From contig NW_024704743.1 of the NCBI RefSeq assembly GCF_018977255.1, forward strand, positions 111,416,001-111,480,000: a DNA stretch of 64,000 nucleotides, read 5' to 3'. How positions within the stretch are numbered: the stretch's first letter is position 1; each line of letters begins with the position of its first letter. The translations under genes were made by a program, and so were the position numbers. The notes under the pieces were generated by a model. It saw only the letters and a list, made by a program, of their open reading frames with translations, searched no databases and was not told the origin of the DNA. Positions 36,865 to 48,998 of the stretch are shown here, one piece after another. The stretch comes from Callorhinchus milii (Eukaryota).

Positions 36865-37040
36865 AAATAAAATTGGTCATTCGTTTCATAGCTGTTTATG
36901 GGTTGTTTGTTATGTGCAAATTGGCTGTTCTGTTTGCTTACAAAATTCAGTCGCTACACTTTACAGTAAAATTGCAAACTTTGAGACATCCTTCAGACAC
37001 GATAAGACGCTGTATCAAATGCAGGGATAACTATTATTAC
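36865..37040 (+). mobile_element. SINE 3' module
   Basis: 'aattggtcattcgtttcatagctgttt...gtgcaaattggctg...tttgagacatcc...atcaaatgcagg'. Confidence 0.75.
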
Positions 37041-39364
37041 TTAGACACAGTGAGTACTGTCTATGACAATTGGATGGTTTATTTCCTGCAATAAGTTAAA
37101 AAGTAACAAGCTTGGAGGAACAGGTTATGGACTAACTACGCAGGTGTGCTGAAATATGGCAAATGAAGTTTAATGTGGCAAATGCAAACAAATATACTAA
37201 ACATAGGAGGTTGAGTGGTAATTTGATCAAATTGTTGAAAATAGTAAAGGGAATAGGAGGGACTTGTTCCTATGGTTGAAAAATCCAGATTGAAATACTG
37301 CTTGGGTTTTTTGTTTAAAACGTGACCAATGTCTGATTTGTGGGGTGAAAACACTGTTCTGGATGTGATGTGGAGTTCAAATGGAAGAAACACAGTCGTT
37401 CAGTTATTTATCCAAGTCACTGCAATTTAGGTTTACCCACCTGCCTCAGAGGGTGTCCCTAATTGTTACCTTCTTGATCTCACAAGCAATCAGAACCAAT
37501 ATAAATGTGCATGTAGCAAGGCAAGTTAGCCACCAGGAATCGCTATCAAGTCCTCATTTAAAGTGGTTCCATTCAGCCACCCTGGAGGCAACCTTCCCTG
37601 AATTCTATTACATTCCGTAAAAATGTATAGCAAAATTCTCAACTACACCAAACATGCTTTCTGCTCAAAACACATTAAATCACATCCTCATTCCGTGCAA
37701 ACGGTTACGTTTTTCATTTTTCTTTATATATATATATACACACACACAGTATATATATTCAATACATCAAACGGGTTGTACATTCCTTGCCTTGTTTAAA
37801 AAAAAATGCATTTTGGACTGCAAAAATTCTAGTCGGATATCTAACCGTCCAAATGTGTACAACTGGGAGCACAACAACCTACTGCAGTGTGGTAAAGGCC
37901 ATCTCCCACTGACTCTAATATGACAAGAATCGTTCAACTTTGTAACCGGTACAAACAGCAAATAGCACTTTGACACCAGAAATAAAATTCATTTCAATTA
38001 ACTGTTCACATCATTTCATCAGTCAGCACAAGTAATGTAATGGAACTCTCTGAGCAGCAGACAGTCAAATTATGGTTACCAGTGTCACTAATGTTTCTCA
38101 CTTGTAGGCATGTTTAGTCACCGCTCAGTTTTACCTATGACACTCCTCCCTGCTTCTTGTTATTTGGAATCTAGGTAATGATTCAATAGACCTCAGCACC
38201 CGATTTGCAATATTTGTCTATACCAGATTCATAGAGAAATCCTGTCAGAATTTCCATTGTGCTCCCAAGGAACTTCATAGTTCTTGCAGGTCAGCATCAC
38301 AAATTTCTGTGTCCTCCAGTCATGCAACTTGTACTTTCACCAAGGAATCCAAGTAAGAAATAAGGTTAAATTAGAGCCTTTTCTATTTCGGAAAAAAAAA
38401 ATGTTATTGCTAAATGTTCATGAATATGCCTGATTCACCTACAAAACACAGTAACTACAGTTATTGGTGAATCCTGTGAAGCACTTTGCGATGTTCGCCT
38501 GACATGGGAGGCGCTACGTCAAATGCAAGGATTATTCTTATACGTTTACAAAGTGGTTACAGTGGAGAAGGGCAGGAAGCTGAGTGAACAGCGAGTCTTA
38601 TTAAACGGGCGAGGAGCCTCTATTCACATTTCTATAAGGAAAAGGTGCGGAATCACCTCATTTTACAAAAAAAAAGGTTCCAAACCCTTTATAGCTCCGT
38701 ATAATTCACCTGCAGCAGCTTTCAGGGCAAAATACAATTACAGCACAGCACTTAGATTTTTTTTATTACAGGCATAAAGTATATATTACTGGATAGCCAT
38801 CCTCCTGCACTTCACACAGTGTTTTTATAATGTAATATTTTTGCATTGGCTGAACTTTGTGATTAAAGGACATGACATATACTCCTTTAAACAGCATCAG
38901 AACCTCAAAAATATAAAAAAAAATTGCATTCTCAGACTCTTAACTCTCCCCAAGGGCAAAATGTAACACCTCTAACTGCATTCAATTATTTTCCTATGAC
39001 AGCGCTACTTCTGCCCCGGGTCTCTGTACCCACGCCACAATTCTCAGAAAACAGGATAATGAAAAAGAAATTAGAATTGTAAACAAGAAGAATTTTCTAC
39101 AAAACCGTAAATTTGTTAAGCGGAAGTCATATTTAATAGCTGTGTTAACATTAACTTGTAATGTTGGCCTGTCCGATTCCTATCGACAAGCTGCAGACTT
39201 TTAATTTCTGACTGTAATGATGGAGGGTCTCTAGATTAGCTGGACGCAGATCACTCGATAACCCTTCACAGTATCAATCCCATTTTCGTCATATTAAATG
39301 TTAACATTGCAACTAGAGCACTCTGAATGAGAACTGACACCGTGTTTTCTCAGCCTTAGAAATC

Positions 39365-39740
39365 TGACTGTTTCACTCTGTGTACAGCATGATGTACACT
39401 CTGGGTACTCTGCGTACTGTATTGAGTGACTGCTTCATTCTGTGTTCAGTGTTTACTGTACTGCAAGACCAACACTCTGTTTGCAATGTATACTGTACTG
39501 TATTACTGCTTCACTCTGTGTCCAGTGTATCTTAGAATGATGATCTCTTACATTGAAGATCTCTTACATTGAAGGTCTCTTTCAGTGAGGTTGCAACTCT
39601 TACAGTCTCTGACTCCGAGAGTTTCTGATACTGAGGTTCTTCTGGAGTAAGAGTCTTTCTCTTACTCCGAGAGTCTCTTCTTACACTGGGGATCTCCTAA
39701 GATCAGGGTCTCGAAGAGTGAAGGTCTCTTACAGTGAGAG
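39365..39740. repeat. Two adjacent degenerate minisatellites
   Basis: 'actgcttcactctgtgt.cag' x3 (39365-39530); ~16-bp 'gRtctcttacantgaa' units (39541-39740). Confidence 0.7.
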
Positions 39741-40408
39741 AATTTGGAGGGAGAGGGGGTTTGGTGATATTCAATATGCTTTCTGAGGTATGTAATGTTG
39801 TGAGAGTTCATTCCCATCTATAGCACAGATTTAATGTTCATGTGATGCAATTCAGTAGTTGGTTCCAGAGTTGTGTCAACACAATCTGAAGTCACCTGCA
39901 AAGTAGATTATACTCCAGTCAATTCCAATAACATTGCAGGTTCTTTTATAATCTGTAAACCTTGTTGGAGACCAGGTACATTCCCAACTCTAGCAATGTT
40001 TCATAATTAACTGGCATTCACTGATCAGCAGGCACAGAGATCGCCTCTCAGTCTCAAGCCCCTAATATTATATATTACAGTATATACAAATATATAAAAT
40101 AATATTTCTTGCATTTGGTTTAGCACATTACCACAATGGAAGGAATATATCTAAGTTGTGTTCAGGACCTTAAGCATATTATTCTCCTCCTAACACTATC
40201 CCCTCCTAAGACCTACTACTAATCCCTCCTGATTTTGACTAAATGTAGACAAACTAAGATTTGAACTGAACACCATGGTCTGAAGAGCTCAGTATCGCAC
40301 CATATGGCGTCCTTACCCAGTTATCTGTGTGTCCATGTAACTCCTCACTCTCGTTAGTCTTTGTCTTTCTCCAACAGACCCCAAGCTTTTGAAAATCCAA
40401 ATTTGGAT

Positions 40409-40745
40409 TCATCCACTTTTTTGATCTATTCTAGTGGCATGTTCAATCTGGTACTCACAGGATTTGCTATTTACAAACCCTTTTGGAGTCTCGCAAATTA
40501 GACCACAGTATATTAAGGTACTATGGATACAGACCATCACTCTCAATATTGTCCAATGATTTAAATCTTGCAAGGGTGCGCTAAATAACCACAGATTGGA
40601 ACATCCAAGAAGATAATGTTCTGTGAAGTCTTTTATTGTTCCTCCGAGGTAATCACGACACGCAGAACAAGGAATAAGTGAAATTTGCAGCATCCCTGCA
40701 TCTTCCATACAACGTTTCCATGTTCCCAGCAGAGGGAAAACATCA
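40409..40745 (-). mobile_element. Penelope-like element, GIY-YIG endonuclease remnant
   Basis: NFTY/IPCSACRDYLGGT..DFTEH matches the PLE motif N.VY.IPC..C...YIGET.....EH. Confidence 0.6.
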
Positions 40746-40759
40746 TGTTTTACAGAGCA

Positions 40760-42000
40760 TTTGATCAGACCTTTCCATACTTATCCTTAAACCCTTCAAT
40801 CTCCCCTTTAAATCTATGCCTCCAGTTCTCTTCTGAAGGAGCTGATCAAGATTATTTGCTTTGATGGGCATGCATTCTGCATATAAATAACTCTGTGGGA
40901 AAACAAGTTTCTTCTAATCTCTAATCTCACTCAAGGTTCACCAATTTTGTGCCCATGCCTTTGAACTCTGCAAACAAACTTGAAATGAAATATTGCAGTT
41001 TACTAAATCATCTGTGTGGTTCAGCAGTTTATAGACCAGACCAGGATATATACCCTCTTAATCTTCTTTCACTAAAAAGGTTTAAGTCATGGGATCATCT
41101 GTGCCACTGTTCTCTAAACTGTCTCCAATACTGAAGGGGACATTATACTCCAATATGAACTCACACAAATACACTGACCAGAGAAAATATGATGGGCTTG
41201 ATCACCAAAGTTGATGAATTTGATGTCCATCCCTCCTCCTTTCCTACGCTTCCAAATGGCTTCCTGAATGATTCTTGATTAGAATAACGTGGTTCAATTT
41301 ATAGTTAAATAGCTTCATTATACAACCCAGTGTTTGACTTGTTTTGTTGATAGTGGCTTTGCATTGATTGGAAACGTTCAGTGATTGAACGATAATCACA
41401 CACCGATCTTTCCTTTCTCACCTTTGCCAGCAGACACCAATCTGTTGTGTACATGTGTTTTACACCTGCTCCATCAATGTGAATGATGTTACATTATTGA
41501 TATCTATTCATCACTCCTTGGCCGATCAATCTGTCCCAATCCATTTGATTACTATCAGTTTCTCCGTCACAAATCGCTTAGGTACATAACTTGGTGATTG
41601 TTCCAAATTCTTATTATATAATTGGAGGTTCTCTAATATGTAATTTGGTGTGGGGTACAATAGTATAACAGGCAGAGCCCTGTATGAAATACCCTTACAG
41701 ACATTCACTAGTTACACTGCCTTTTAGGCAGTCCCATCGGTTATATAATAATACTTGTATTTGAGATAGCGGCTTATCACATCATCAGGGCATTTCAAAA
41801 CACTTCAAAGAATTGTTACTGTGAAGGGTAGTGACTGTATTTTGTCTCTTGGTGATCTTATTCTCAGTGCAGTTAGCAAACATTCCATGAATCCCATGTA
41901 CTTTAATCCTCTTTGAAAGCCTCAGTGGTGAAACTTTACTCAGTATTTTCTAAAGTTCAAGAAAACAACAACATTTTAAATTCTATTAATTTAGTTCTCT
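40760..42000 (-). mobile_element. Old, heavily decayed CR1 LINE (RT to 3' end)
   Basis: Frameshifted CR1 motifs in order: VVFLNFRK / RIKVHGIHG / SLNVSNQCKATINKTSQTLGCI / 'gaaagaagattaagaggg' / EIRRNLFSHRVI. Confidence 0.75.
41745..41845 (-). mobile_element. SINE 3' module nested in the CR1
   Basis: 'ataataatacttgtatttgagatagcggcttatcacatc...ctgtgaagggtagtgactgtattttg'. Confidence 0.75.
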
Positions 42001-42009
42001 CCTCGGGAG

Positions 42010-43085
42010 ATTGGGGCTCTATTGAGAGCTGCTTTCAGCACAGGTTTAATGCCCTATTATGAGCAATGATGGTATCACTTAAAGTAACAGTGACACTCTC
42101 CTCGCTGCTGTTTGAAGGCTAACTAACCTGAAGGTGCTTTCACTTTCATCAGAGTCTTAGGAATGGGCTTGACATTTATGGAACTTACAAAAAGATTTCG
42201 ACCAAGTCTCAATACTGTAAAGGCACATGTAACTTTTGTTGGTAACACTTTTCTCCCCAAGTAATGTGATGCAAGAAATCTCACCATCTCACTGATTCCA
42301 GTAATATGCTTCAATTTCTAATCTTGTGAATCAGGTGAGGATAGCATTGGTAACAAACTTGGTCTCCTGTGGCTGTAGGGCTCTTTGTAGGAGTCTGAGT
42401 GTGTACTTTTAGAGTGAAGTTTCTCAAAACAATAAAATTCGAGACGAAATGGCACGATAGAGTAGAACATTGTCCTTTTACCTGTGGGATTGTAGTTCAT
42501 AAATTCATCTTGGAGTGATGCGATGAAAAGCTCGTCTCTACTGGCTGTTAGGAAATCCTAACTTAAATTAGGTTGGACATTTTGTCTCGGGCTCCCAGTG
42601 GGTGGAAATCCACAGAGTAAAACTGTCTATAAGTCAGCATTAATTGCAAGTAATTGGACAGGTTTACACACAGGGTGTAAAGATAGCAGGAGTGGGAGAA
42701 TAGAATTGCCAAGAGTAGTGCAATGTGGGAGGAGCTCCTCAAAAGTCAGGGTTAAAGTCCATTGTTGGGCAGCCTTGAGGGACCTTAGAATTGCATCTAA
42801 TCTGTGGCTATACCTGACCCACAAGTACTTGATGTTGACACCGTATGCAAAAAATGAACATATTTTCCATATTACAGCATCGACATCCTTCACTTTGATT
42901 AATACAAGATAAATAAAAACTGAAAACTGCACATTTATGTTGCCCTTGTCTACTTCAGTTTGGATTTCACACCTTCAACCAATGCTGCTGTAACTGTACG
43001 TCTGTGTGCTGCAGGCTCCTATACATACTTTTGTTCTGTTAGGACACAGATTGCTCATTATTTCCATAATTGAATTGATTTCCTG
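42010..43085 (-). mobile_element. Penelope-like element, N-terminal part of the RT (pseudogenised)
   Basis: One frame 43085-42123 has only 4 internal stops in ~320 codons; FYCFEKLHSK...PSLLPMLSSPDS resembles the PLE RT motif FY.LPK.HK...PLRPI.S..S. Confidence 0.55.
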
Positions 43086-43529
43086 TTAATCCAGTCAATA
43101 TGTACACAGTACAGTGCTGTATTGTTCAATTCACATTCCACGAAAGCTCAGTACTGCTGTTTCAATAACAGAATAAACACCGGTTTGTTCGCCGGGCAAT
43201 TGACATATATATTAGCTGCAGAATGTAATCTAAGCATACTTGTGTTCATCCAGCATGACATTAACACATTGCTGTGCGAGACACTGAGTGCACATTTACC
43301 CAAGAACCTGTGCCATTTTTATGACAGCTTTAGTGTACCTGAATATTCAATTCATTATTCCAATTACTGATAGAATATTTGAGTTTCAAAATAATCAGTT
43401 GGCACAGCACTGGAGGAGATATATACTTCCACTTTGTCAACTCCACAGAGGCACAAGTCTCAAGTTTAATTTACGTTCCAGCGGGAGCTCTAACCGCTAA
43501 GACCAACTCCGGTGCAGGTTTCCTCTTTT

Positions 43530-43875
43530 ACCTGGGTTTGATTCCCAGGCAGGGCAAAACATTGGGCAAGTTTCCTTACTCTGCATGCCTCTGTTTACCC
43601 AGCAGTAAGTAGGAACCGGGTTGTTAGTCAATTGGCCGATCGCGTTTCCGGGGTTAATAATCCCTTCAAAAAAATAATTTTAATAATAATTTGGTCACTC
43701 AATCCACGAATATTTGGGGGATACTGCTGTGTGCAATTGGCTGAGGTGTTTCACCCACAAAATATGCAGTCAATTCATTTTACAGTATATTCTGTGAAGC
43801 ACTTTGGGATGTCTCGAAGACGTGATAAGGTGCTATATCAAATGCAAAGACTATTATTACTATTAATTATTATTA
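43530..43875 (+). mobile_element. SINE type 2 starting at the B box
   Basis: 'acctgggtttgattcccaggc...ttgggcaagtttccttactc...ctgtttacccagcagtaagtaggaacc' plus shared 3' module. Confidence 0.85.
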
Positions 43876-44049
43876 CTTGTTGAATGCTCTCGCATTCATA
43901 GCTCTTGTACGTTTCCAGAATGAGAAGATGGTTTATAGCAGAATGCCTTCTGGGTCAATTCGGGGGGTAAAACAGAACGTTTCCTTGATTAGGAAACAAA
44001 GACTCCTTCCAGGAGCCAGAGCTCTGACTCACACCCATCAAGCTGACAT

Positions 44050-44185
44050 GAACAACAAGAACAACAACTTGCATTTATATTGGGCCCCTCATGCAGGGTA
44101 GTTTCCCAGAGCTCTTGACAGTGGCGGAATACGACACCAAGTGGGGGGGGGGGGGGGTTTGGTGACCATAGGCCCGGTCAAGTGC
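44050..44185 (-). mobile_element. 3' end of a second L2 family
   Basis: Reverse homolog of 57290-57408 ('tatggtcacc...ccgccactgtcaag...ataaatgcaagttgttg'). Confidence 0.65.
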
Positions 44186-44754
44186 TTGCTCAGGAAGAAG
44201 AAATCTGCTCAGAAAATAATTTGTGGCGCAGCAATGTCCCTGCAAGACAGACAGTATTACAAATTTACCAATTTTTTAATCTAAGAAATACCGCAAAAAT
44301 CAACCTCATGGTTTTGTACATCTTTCTCTATGGAAAGCTCAGATAGGATCAAATGGACATATTCAACTGTTTACAATTTAGGAGAAGATACAAGTGAAGC
44401 CTCTTTTACATAATGTGGATTATCACAACTAATCTTCATCCTCTTTGCAGATTAGCTGAAAGAAAAGGGAGTTGAGTGCGAGCAGGAGGCAGGTTGGTGT
44501 TGTGTATGCTGTGAGTCATTGGGAACTGTTGAGGTGCACTATCAATCTTTGCTCGTCATGGCATTTCAACCACAATTTTAGTGATATATGAGCATCCAAA
44601 CCAAAGAGACACTGAAATGACTTCAGTGGAGATATTTTGGTTTCATTCACAGTTTATGATTAGTTTGGCAATCTCACAAAAACTGCCACTGGGATTTATA
44701 ATGCGACACGCACAAAGTCTATTACGTTAATTGTTGCTTGTGGTTATCTGATTT

Positions 44755-45250
44755 TGTTTTCTTTTGGGGCGTCAGACACGTACGGAAACCCATCACCGTG
44801 TTTAAGAGTATTCGGATTGTGACATTGGCTAGGAGCAATGGATTCCGAGTTGGCAAAGACCAAAATAAAAGTCTGTCCAGCAAAACGTGAACCATCTCCA
44901 GCCAGCTTTTTGATAGTTGGCTTCTTTGTTTTCTCTTTGCTGCTTTGCGAATCGCAATTCGCTTCTTTTGTGGATCTGGTGCAAGCCTCGTGATCTGAAA
45001 ATTTGCCGATCGGAAGTCGCAATTAATAAGAATTTAAAAAACCTGGCTTGTCCACATCTCATTGTTAGACCCCGAATTTATCCAATTAATAAATAGACTA
45101 TTATTTTCAATCCTCAAAGTAAAGTAAGACAATTTGTAGAACGCCAGGTGACATGACACCAGACAGGAGCACAGCAACAATTTCACCCGAGAGCTGACAG
45201 CTACGTCCCAGCTGTAGGTTTTGAATCCCATCATACCGTCATTTAAATAT
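44755..45250 (-). mobile_element. RTE-X-like LINE 3' portion (minus copy)
   Basis: 3' UTR motifs shared with 46080-46290 and 8310-8550; decayed C-terminal peptide KTYSW...SRVKLLLCSC..SCHLAF...YFTLR. Confidence 0.5.
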
Positions 45251-45419
45251 TAATATAACCTTGCAAGATGAACACTATGAGGACTAATTAGCATCAGCCT
45301 ACAGTCGATTCCAATTGCATATTAAAAAAAAGCAGGTCCAGGGTAAAAGAATTCTCCAAACAAAACGAATAACATAACTGACACTCGGTTTCAGGTTTAC
45401 TATAAATATACTGTCGGGC

Positions 45420-46290
45420 AGCATGGTGAGTAACTGGAATGTCTTGCGCTCAGGTCCCCTGTGCAACACTTATCTTCATTTCAAATCAACATATAGATGA
45501 CAACATGAAACTCAGCCTCACTGCAGTTTTGTCACTTGCTCTTGAAAAATGTTGGCGTAGGCGTTTTTTTAAGGTAAAACTAGGTAATGATTCATTTGGG
45601 GTCATCTTTTACTTCATAAAGGGGTTGCGTGTGATAAACACAAGGGGTTCTATAAAAGTGCATTCGATTTTCGAAAAAGTTAGTGGTTTGGTGCTTTTAC
45701 TTTTACTGCCAGGATGAGCTGACTACTGACCCTAAAGCTCTGCTCTAGTCCACAAATGTTTCAAGCTTGTTATGAATTTCTATTTGTGAACACACGTCCG
45801 TATATTCAGCGCTTGAAATCCACCATGATTGGCCTGCAGAGAAGTAAACAGCTGCTGCTCAAACACCATACCTCCAGCTGGTGGAACCATCGCTCAATAG
45901 GAAGTGTCCGAGCTGCGGACAGGAAGATGGTGGTAATGCTCTCATGCATTTCATGCTGAGCTGTGTTACCTATCAGGAAGCTGCCATCCATCTAGTGAGG
46001 GCTCAAATCCGCGCTTGTCGAATGTCAAAACTCCTGAACAAAAAACTGCACAAGCTCCAAGGTGACATGATTGGCAACAGAATATAGCGGTCTTGCTAAT
46101 CCAGTTCCTGAGTCTGGCGGGTCCACAGTTTTCGCTGGTTAGACTCCAGCAGTACCCCAACCCACACTCTGGGGTCCCCAAGCCTTGGTTCTTGCCAACC
46201 TATGTCCACTAATATCTCTGGAATTTCCATGTATAGGTGGAACGTTTGGTTGGATATTCTTAGGCAGACACCCGTCTGACCCCTAAAAAT
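45420..46290 (+). mobile_element. RTE-X-like LINE 3' portion (ORF2 C-terminal CCHC plus 3' UTR)
   Basis: CNTYLHFKSTY...QRLKSTMIGLQRS...RKCPSCGQEDGGNALMHFMLSCVTY fits the TY..FK / C-x2-C...H-x4-C terminus of non-LTR ORF2. Confidence 0.6.
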
Positions 46291-46609
46291 TATAAACTGC
46301 TAACTCTTCTTTTTACAAGACTAAATGTTTCATCAAAGATTTGGAGCACAATTTGATTCAATAGAAAATAATAGATAGCTGCTATATTCCTGTTCACTTA
46401 TTGCATTGACTGACTGATTCAGAATCCAGCAATCTATTTAAAGCACCAAAAGCCATTTGTTATCGAGCTTAATTAAATTATCATTAAAACACCATAATTT
46501 AATTTGGAAGAAATTTTTAAAAATTGATGCTTGTATATTTTAGTCTTTGGAGATTGTTGGCTACAGTGACTGACTCAATTAACAGTTCAGTTTGTTTAAA
46601 ACAAAGAGA

Positions 46610-46950
46610 AGCAGCACCCAGCTCAACAGGACTGTACAGATGTTCCAACCTCCATCAGGTGCAATTGAGGTGTTCGCGGTTGTTTTGAAAGATTTTGTGG
46701 CCTGTTATAGTGGCAATTCAACACTCCAAAGCAACATGGCTTATTCACCATCCACTTTGTTCTTGGCCTTTCTGAGTTAATAACCAGAAGTGTCTTCTAA
46801 CTGAGGCTCGGATTAAATATGTTGTGGTCCGTTGTTAAGTCAGACTGAAGGACCTGGGAGTCAAGAACAATCCCTATATTGGCACAGCTCAAAACTGGGG
46901 AACATTTGAAGCCCGTGGTGTGACTGACTGAATGACTGACTGACTGAATG
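46610..46950 (+). mobile_element. RTE-clade LINE 3' end
   Basis: LKDLGVKN.....AQNWGTF resembles the RTE terminus DLK.LGI....AQDR..W; ends in a (TGAC)n tail. Confidence 0.45.
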
Positions 46951-47294
46951 ACAACTAGCTAATTTGAATAAATGCCTGACAAGATGAGTGACAATTGTCA
47001 GGTTAAAAATATACACATAATGCAGGTTTGCTTTGCTTTTCCTGACTAAAATCACAATACAGTTCACACGTTGCAAATGTTAGTCTTGTCAAGAGTTATT
47101 TGTCACCTGAAGCTATTTTAGATGTGACTTACATGTAAAAGAGTTGCTAGGTTTTGGGGACTCAAGGATAACTTACTCATAGGACATTAGAAGGCAGCAA
47201 AACAATTGTCTTTAAACAAAAGCTCCTGCCACTTAACAGCTATCAAGAGAGATTGGACAGGCTTGAGGTTTTTTTTCTGGAGGAGAGAGAGGAA

Positions 47295-47582
47295 AGTACA
47301 CCTTTTTAGTCCTGGTATCATTCTGGTGAATCTGCGTTGCACCCCCTCCAGAGCCAATATATCCTTCCTAAGGTGCAGTGTCCAAACTGAACGCAGTCCT
47401 CCATCTGGGGTCTGACCAAAGCTCTATATAATTGAAGCAATGCTTCCTCTCCTTTATATTCCAGCCCCCTTTAGATAAAGACCAACATCCCATTAGCTTT
47501 TTTGATAACTTTTTGTACTTGTGAGCTTGTTTTTAGAGATTTGTGTACGTGTACAACCAAATCCCTTTGCACTTCCACAGTT
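47295..47582 (-). mobile_element. CR1 ORF2 fragment
   Basis: Minus strand reads KKANGMLVFI / YRALVRPQMEDCVQFGH.LRKDILALEGVQRRFTRMIPGL. Confidence 0.85.
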
Positions 47583-47701
47583 CTTTACTGGTTATCTCAG
47601 TTACTAGACTAAAAAAAAATCATTTTTAGGAATGTTTGACAGAGAATACAGTCACGTCCTCCTGATGTGAAAGGCGCTATACAAATGTAATCTTGTTGTT
47701 G

Positions 47702-47852
47702 TTGTCACTGGCTTGGCAGGTACAAATTGTCAGTGGTTTCGATGGGTAACTGTACCTCCCTGTGGTTTGGGAGGTATACCGGTTTGACAGATATACAGAT
47801 ATACAGTCAGTGGTTTAACAGGTACACTGTCACTGGTTGGGAAGGTGTATTG
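47702..47852. repeat. Degenerate ~22-bp minisatellite
   Basis: Units like 'tgtcactggtttgacaggtacac' repeated about 6 times. Confidence 0.6.
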
Positions 47853-48772
47853 TATTAAAACGCATTTCTACAGTTAAAAAGCTGTTTAGTGGAAATTCCT
47901 CAGCTAGTAGTAAAGGCTTCCTCTTACTCTATACTTACACGATTATATAGTGAAATACTGTAATTTTCAGATTTTTCTCAGTATTCTAATTTGCTTCACA
48001 ACATTGTACCATCTTAACTCCTTCTGCTACATTCCAAAGTTATGATGGCGGTGGGGTGGGGGGGGGGTGGGGTGCGGGGAAGGGTCATATGAACGTCAAA
48101 TAATGCAGGGAACAGCAGAGTGAGGCTGAACAACACACAGTGGGCCTAACAAACCGGAATGGCTGGGCAGATTTGTAATAAAAAAAATGAAGTACTGATA
48201 AGTAAAATGATATTTCTTTATCGAATTGATTTTTTCATGCTCTATATATTATATACAGTAATTCTTATGCTCTGATATAGTTTGTGACATGATGTGTCGT
48301 GCGACTGGCAGAATGGTCGAAAGTGAACTGGATGGTCTTTTCTTTCACCTAACAAATTCTTATGTTCTTATTTGAGCTGGGTGTACATTGAATTCATACT
48401 GCTGGGAGCTCCATTGCTAGCTGTCGATTGAATGTGGTATTGATGGTAAGACTTATGGACTTCAAATGACCCCCCCGTATGTAAAGGTGTTCAAGACGGA
48501 CACAAAGCTATTTCATTTTCAGGCCTGTGAATAATCTATTACTTCAGCTATAACACAATTGGGTCTCGGTATAATCTGGCTGCAGTACTGAAGGAATTAT
48601 CTGTTGACCACAAAGCCTTATTTCAATATAAAATACACAAATATGATTTAGTGAAACATCTGAATTAGCAGACAGTTAAATCACACAATAGCATAAATTA
48701 ACAAATGCACTCTTACTTACAGAGTAACACAGTACACGTCTCTTCTGTTTGGTTGTGAAAATGCATACCACG

Positions 48773-48998
48773 CAACAACAACAACAACAAGATTCCATTT
48801 ATAAAGCGCCTTTCACGTCAGGAGGACGTCCCAAGGCGCTGCACAGTTGGGTCATGACCCGAGCAGGGGGGAAATGGTCAGGGTGAGGGGAGGGGAGGGA
48901 GCGAGGAGGGGGGAAATGGTCAGAGTGAGGGGAGGGATGGGAGGGAGCGAGAAGGGGGAAGAGAGTCGAGAGGGGAGCTGAAGGCTCGGTCAAAGAGA
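48773..48998 (-). mobile_element. Young L2 3' end, same family as 15821-16706
   Basis: Near-identical to 16526-16706 in reverse, (CAA)n tail, extra ~40-bp internal repeat unit. Confidence 0.9.

Noticed and set aside
36645..37094. 149-aa ORF
   Set aside because: Runs across two L2 tails and a SINE; no protein motif
40200..40330. LF-SINE-like head fragments (also ~5140-5200)
   Set aside because: Similarity too weak to call by eye
40409..40708. Cys/His-rich ORF considered as a RING finger or RAG1-like remnant
   Set aside because: Ligand spacing does not fit RING; IPC..C..YLGGT...EH fits a PLE GIY-YIG better
42135..42155. CTGATGA...GAAA on the minus strand within the PLE (possible hammerhead ribozyme)
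   Set aside because: Only 4 nt between the core motifs, so stem II cannot form; other CTGA.GA sites checked (50444, 62959) lack a positioned GAAA
44142..44157. Poly-G run (also G-rich 48051-48080 and 5350-5370) as G-quadruplex elements
   Set aside because: The first is the C-rich tract of an L2 3' UTR and the others are simple low-complexity runs; no evidence of function
44760..46290. 1.5-kb DNA transposon with terminal inverted repeats
   Set aside because: The apparent TIRs also occur singly elsewhere and lie downstream of LINE ORF2 C-terminal motifs; no TSD seen
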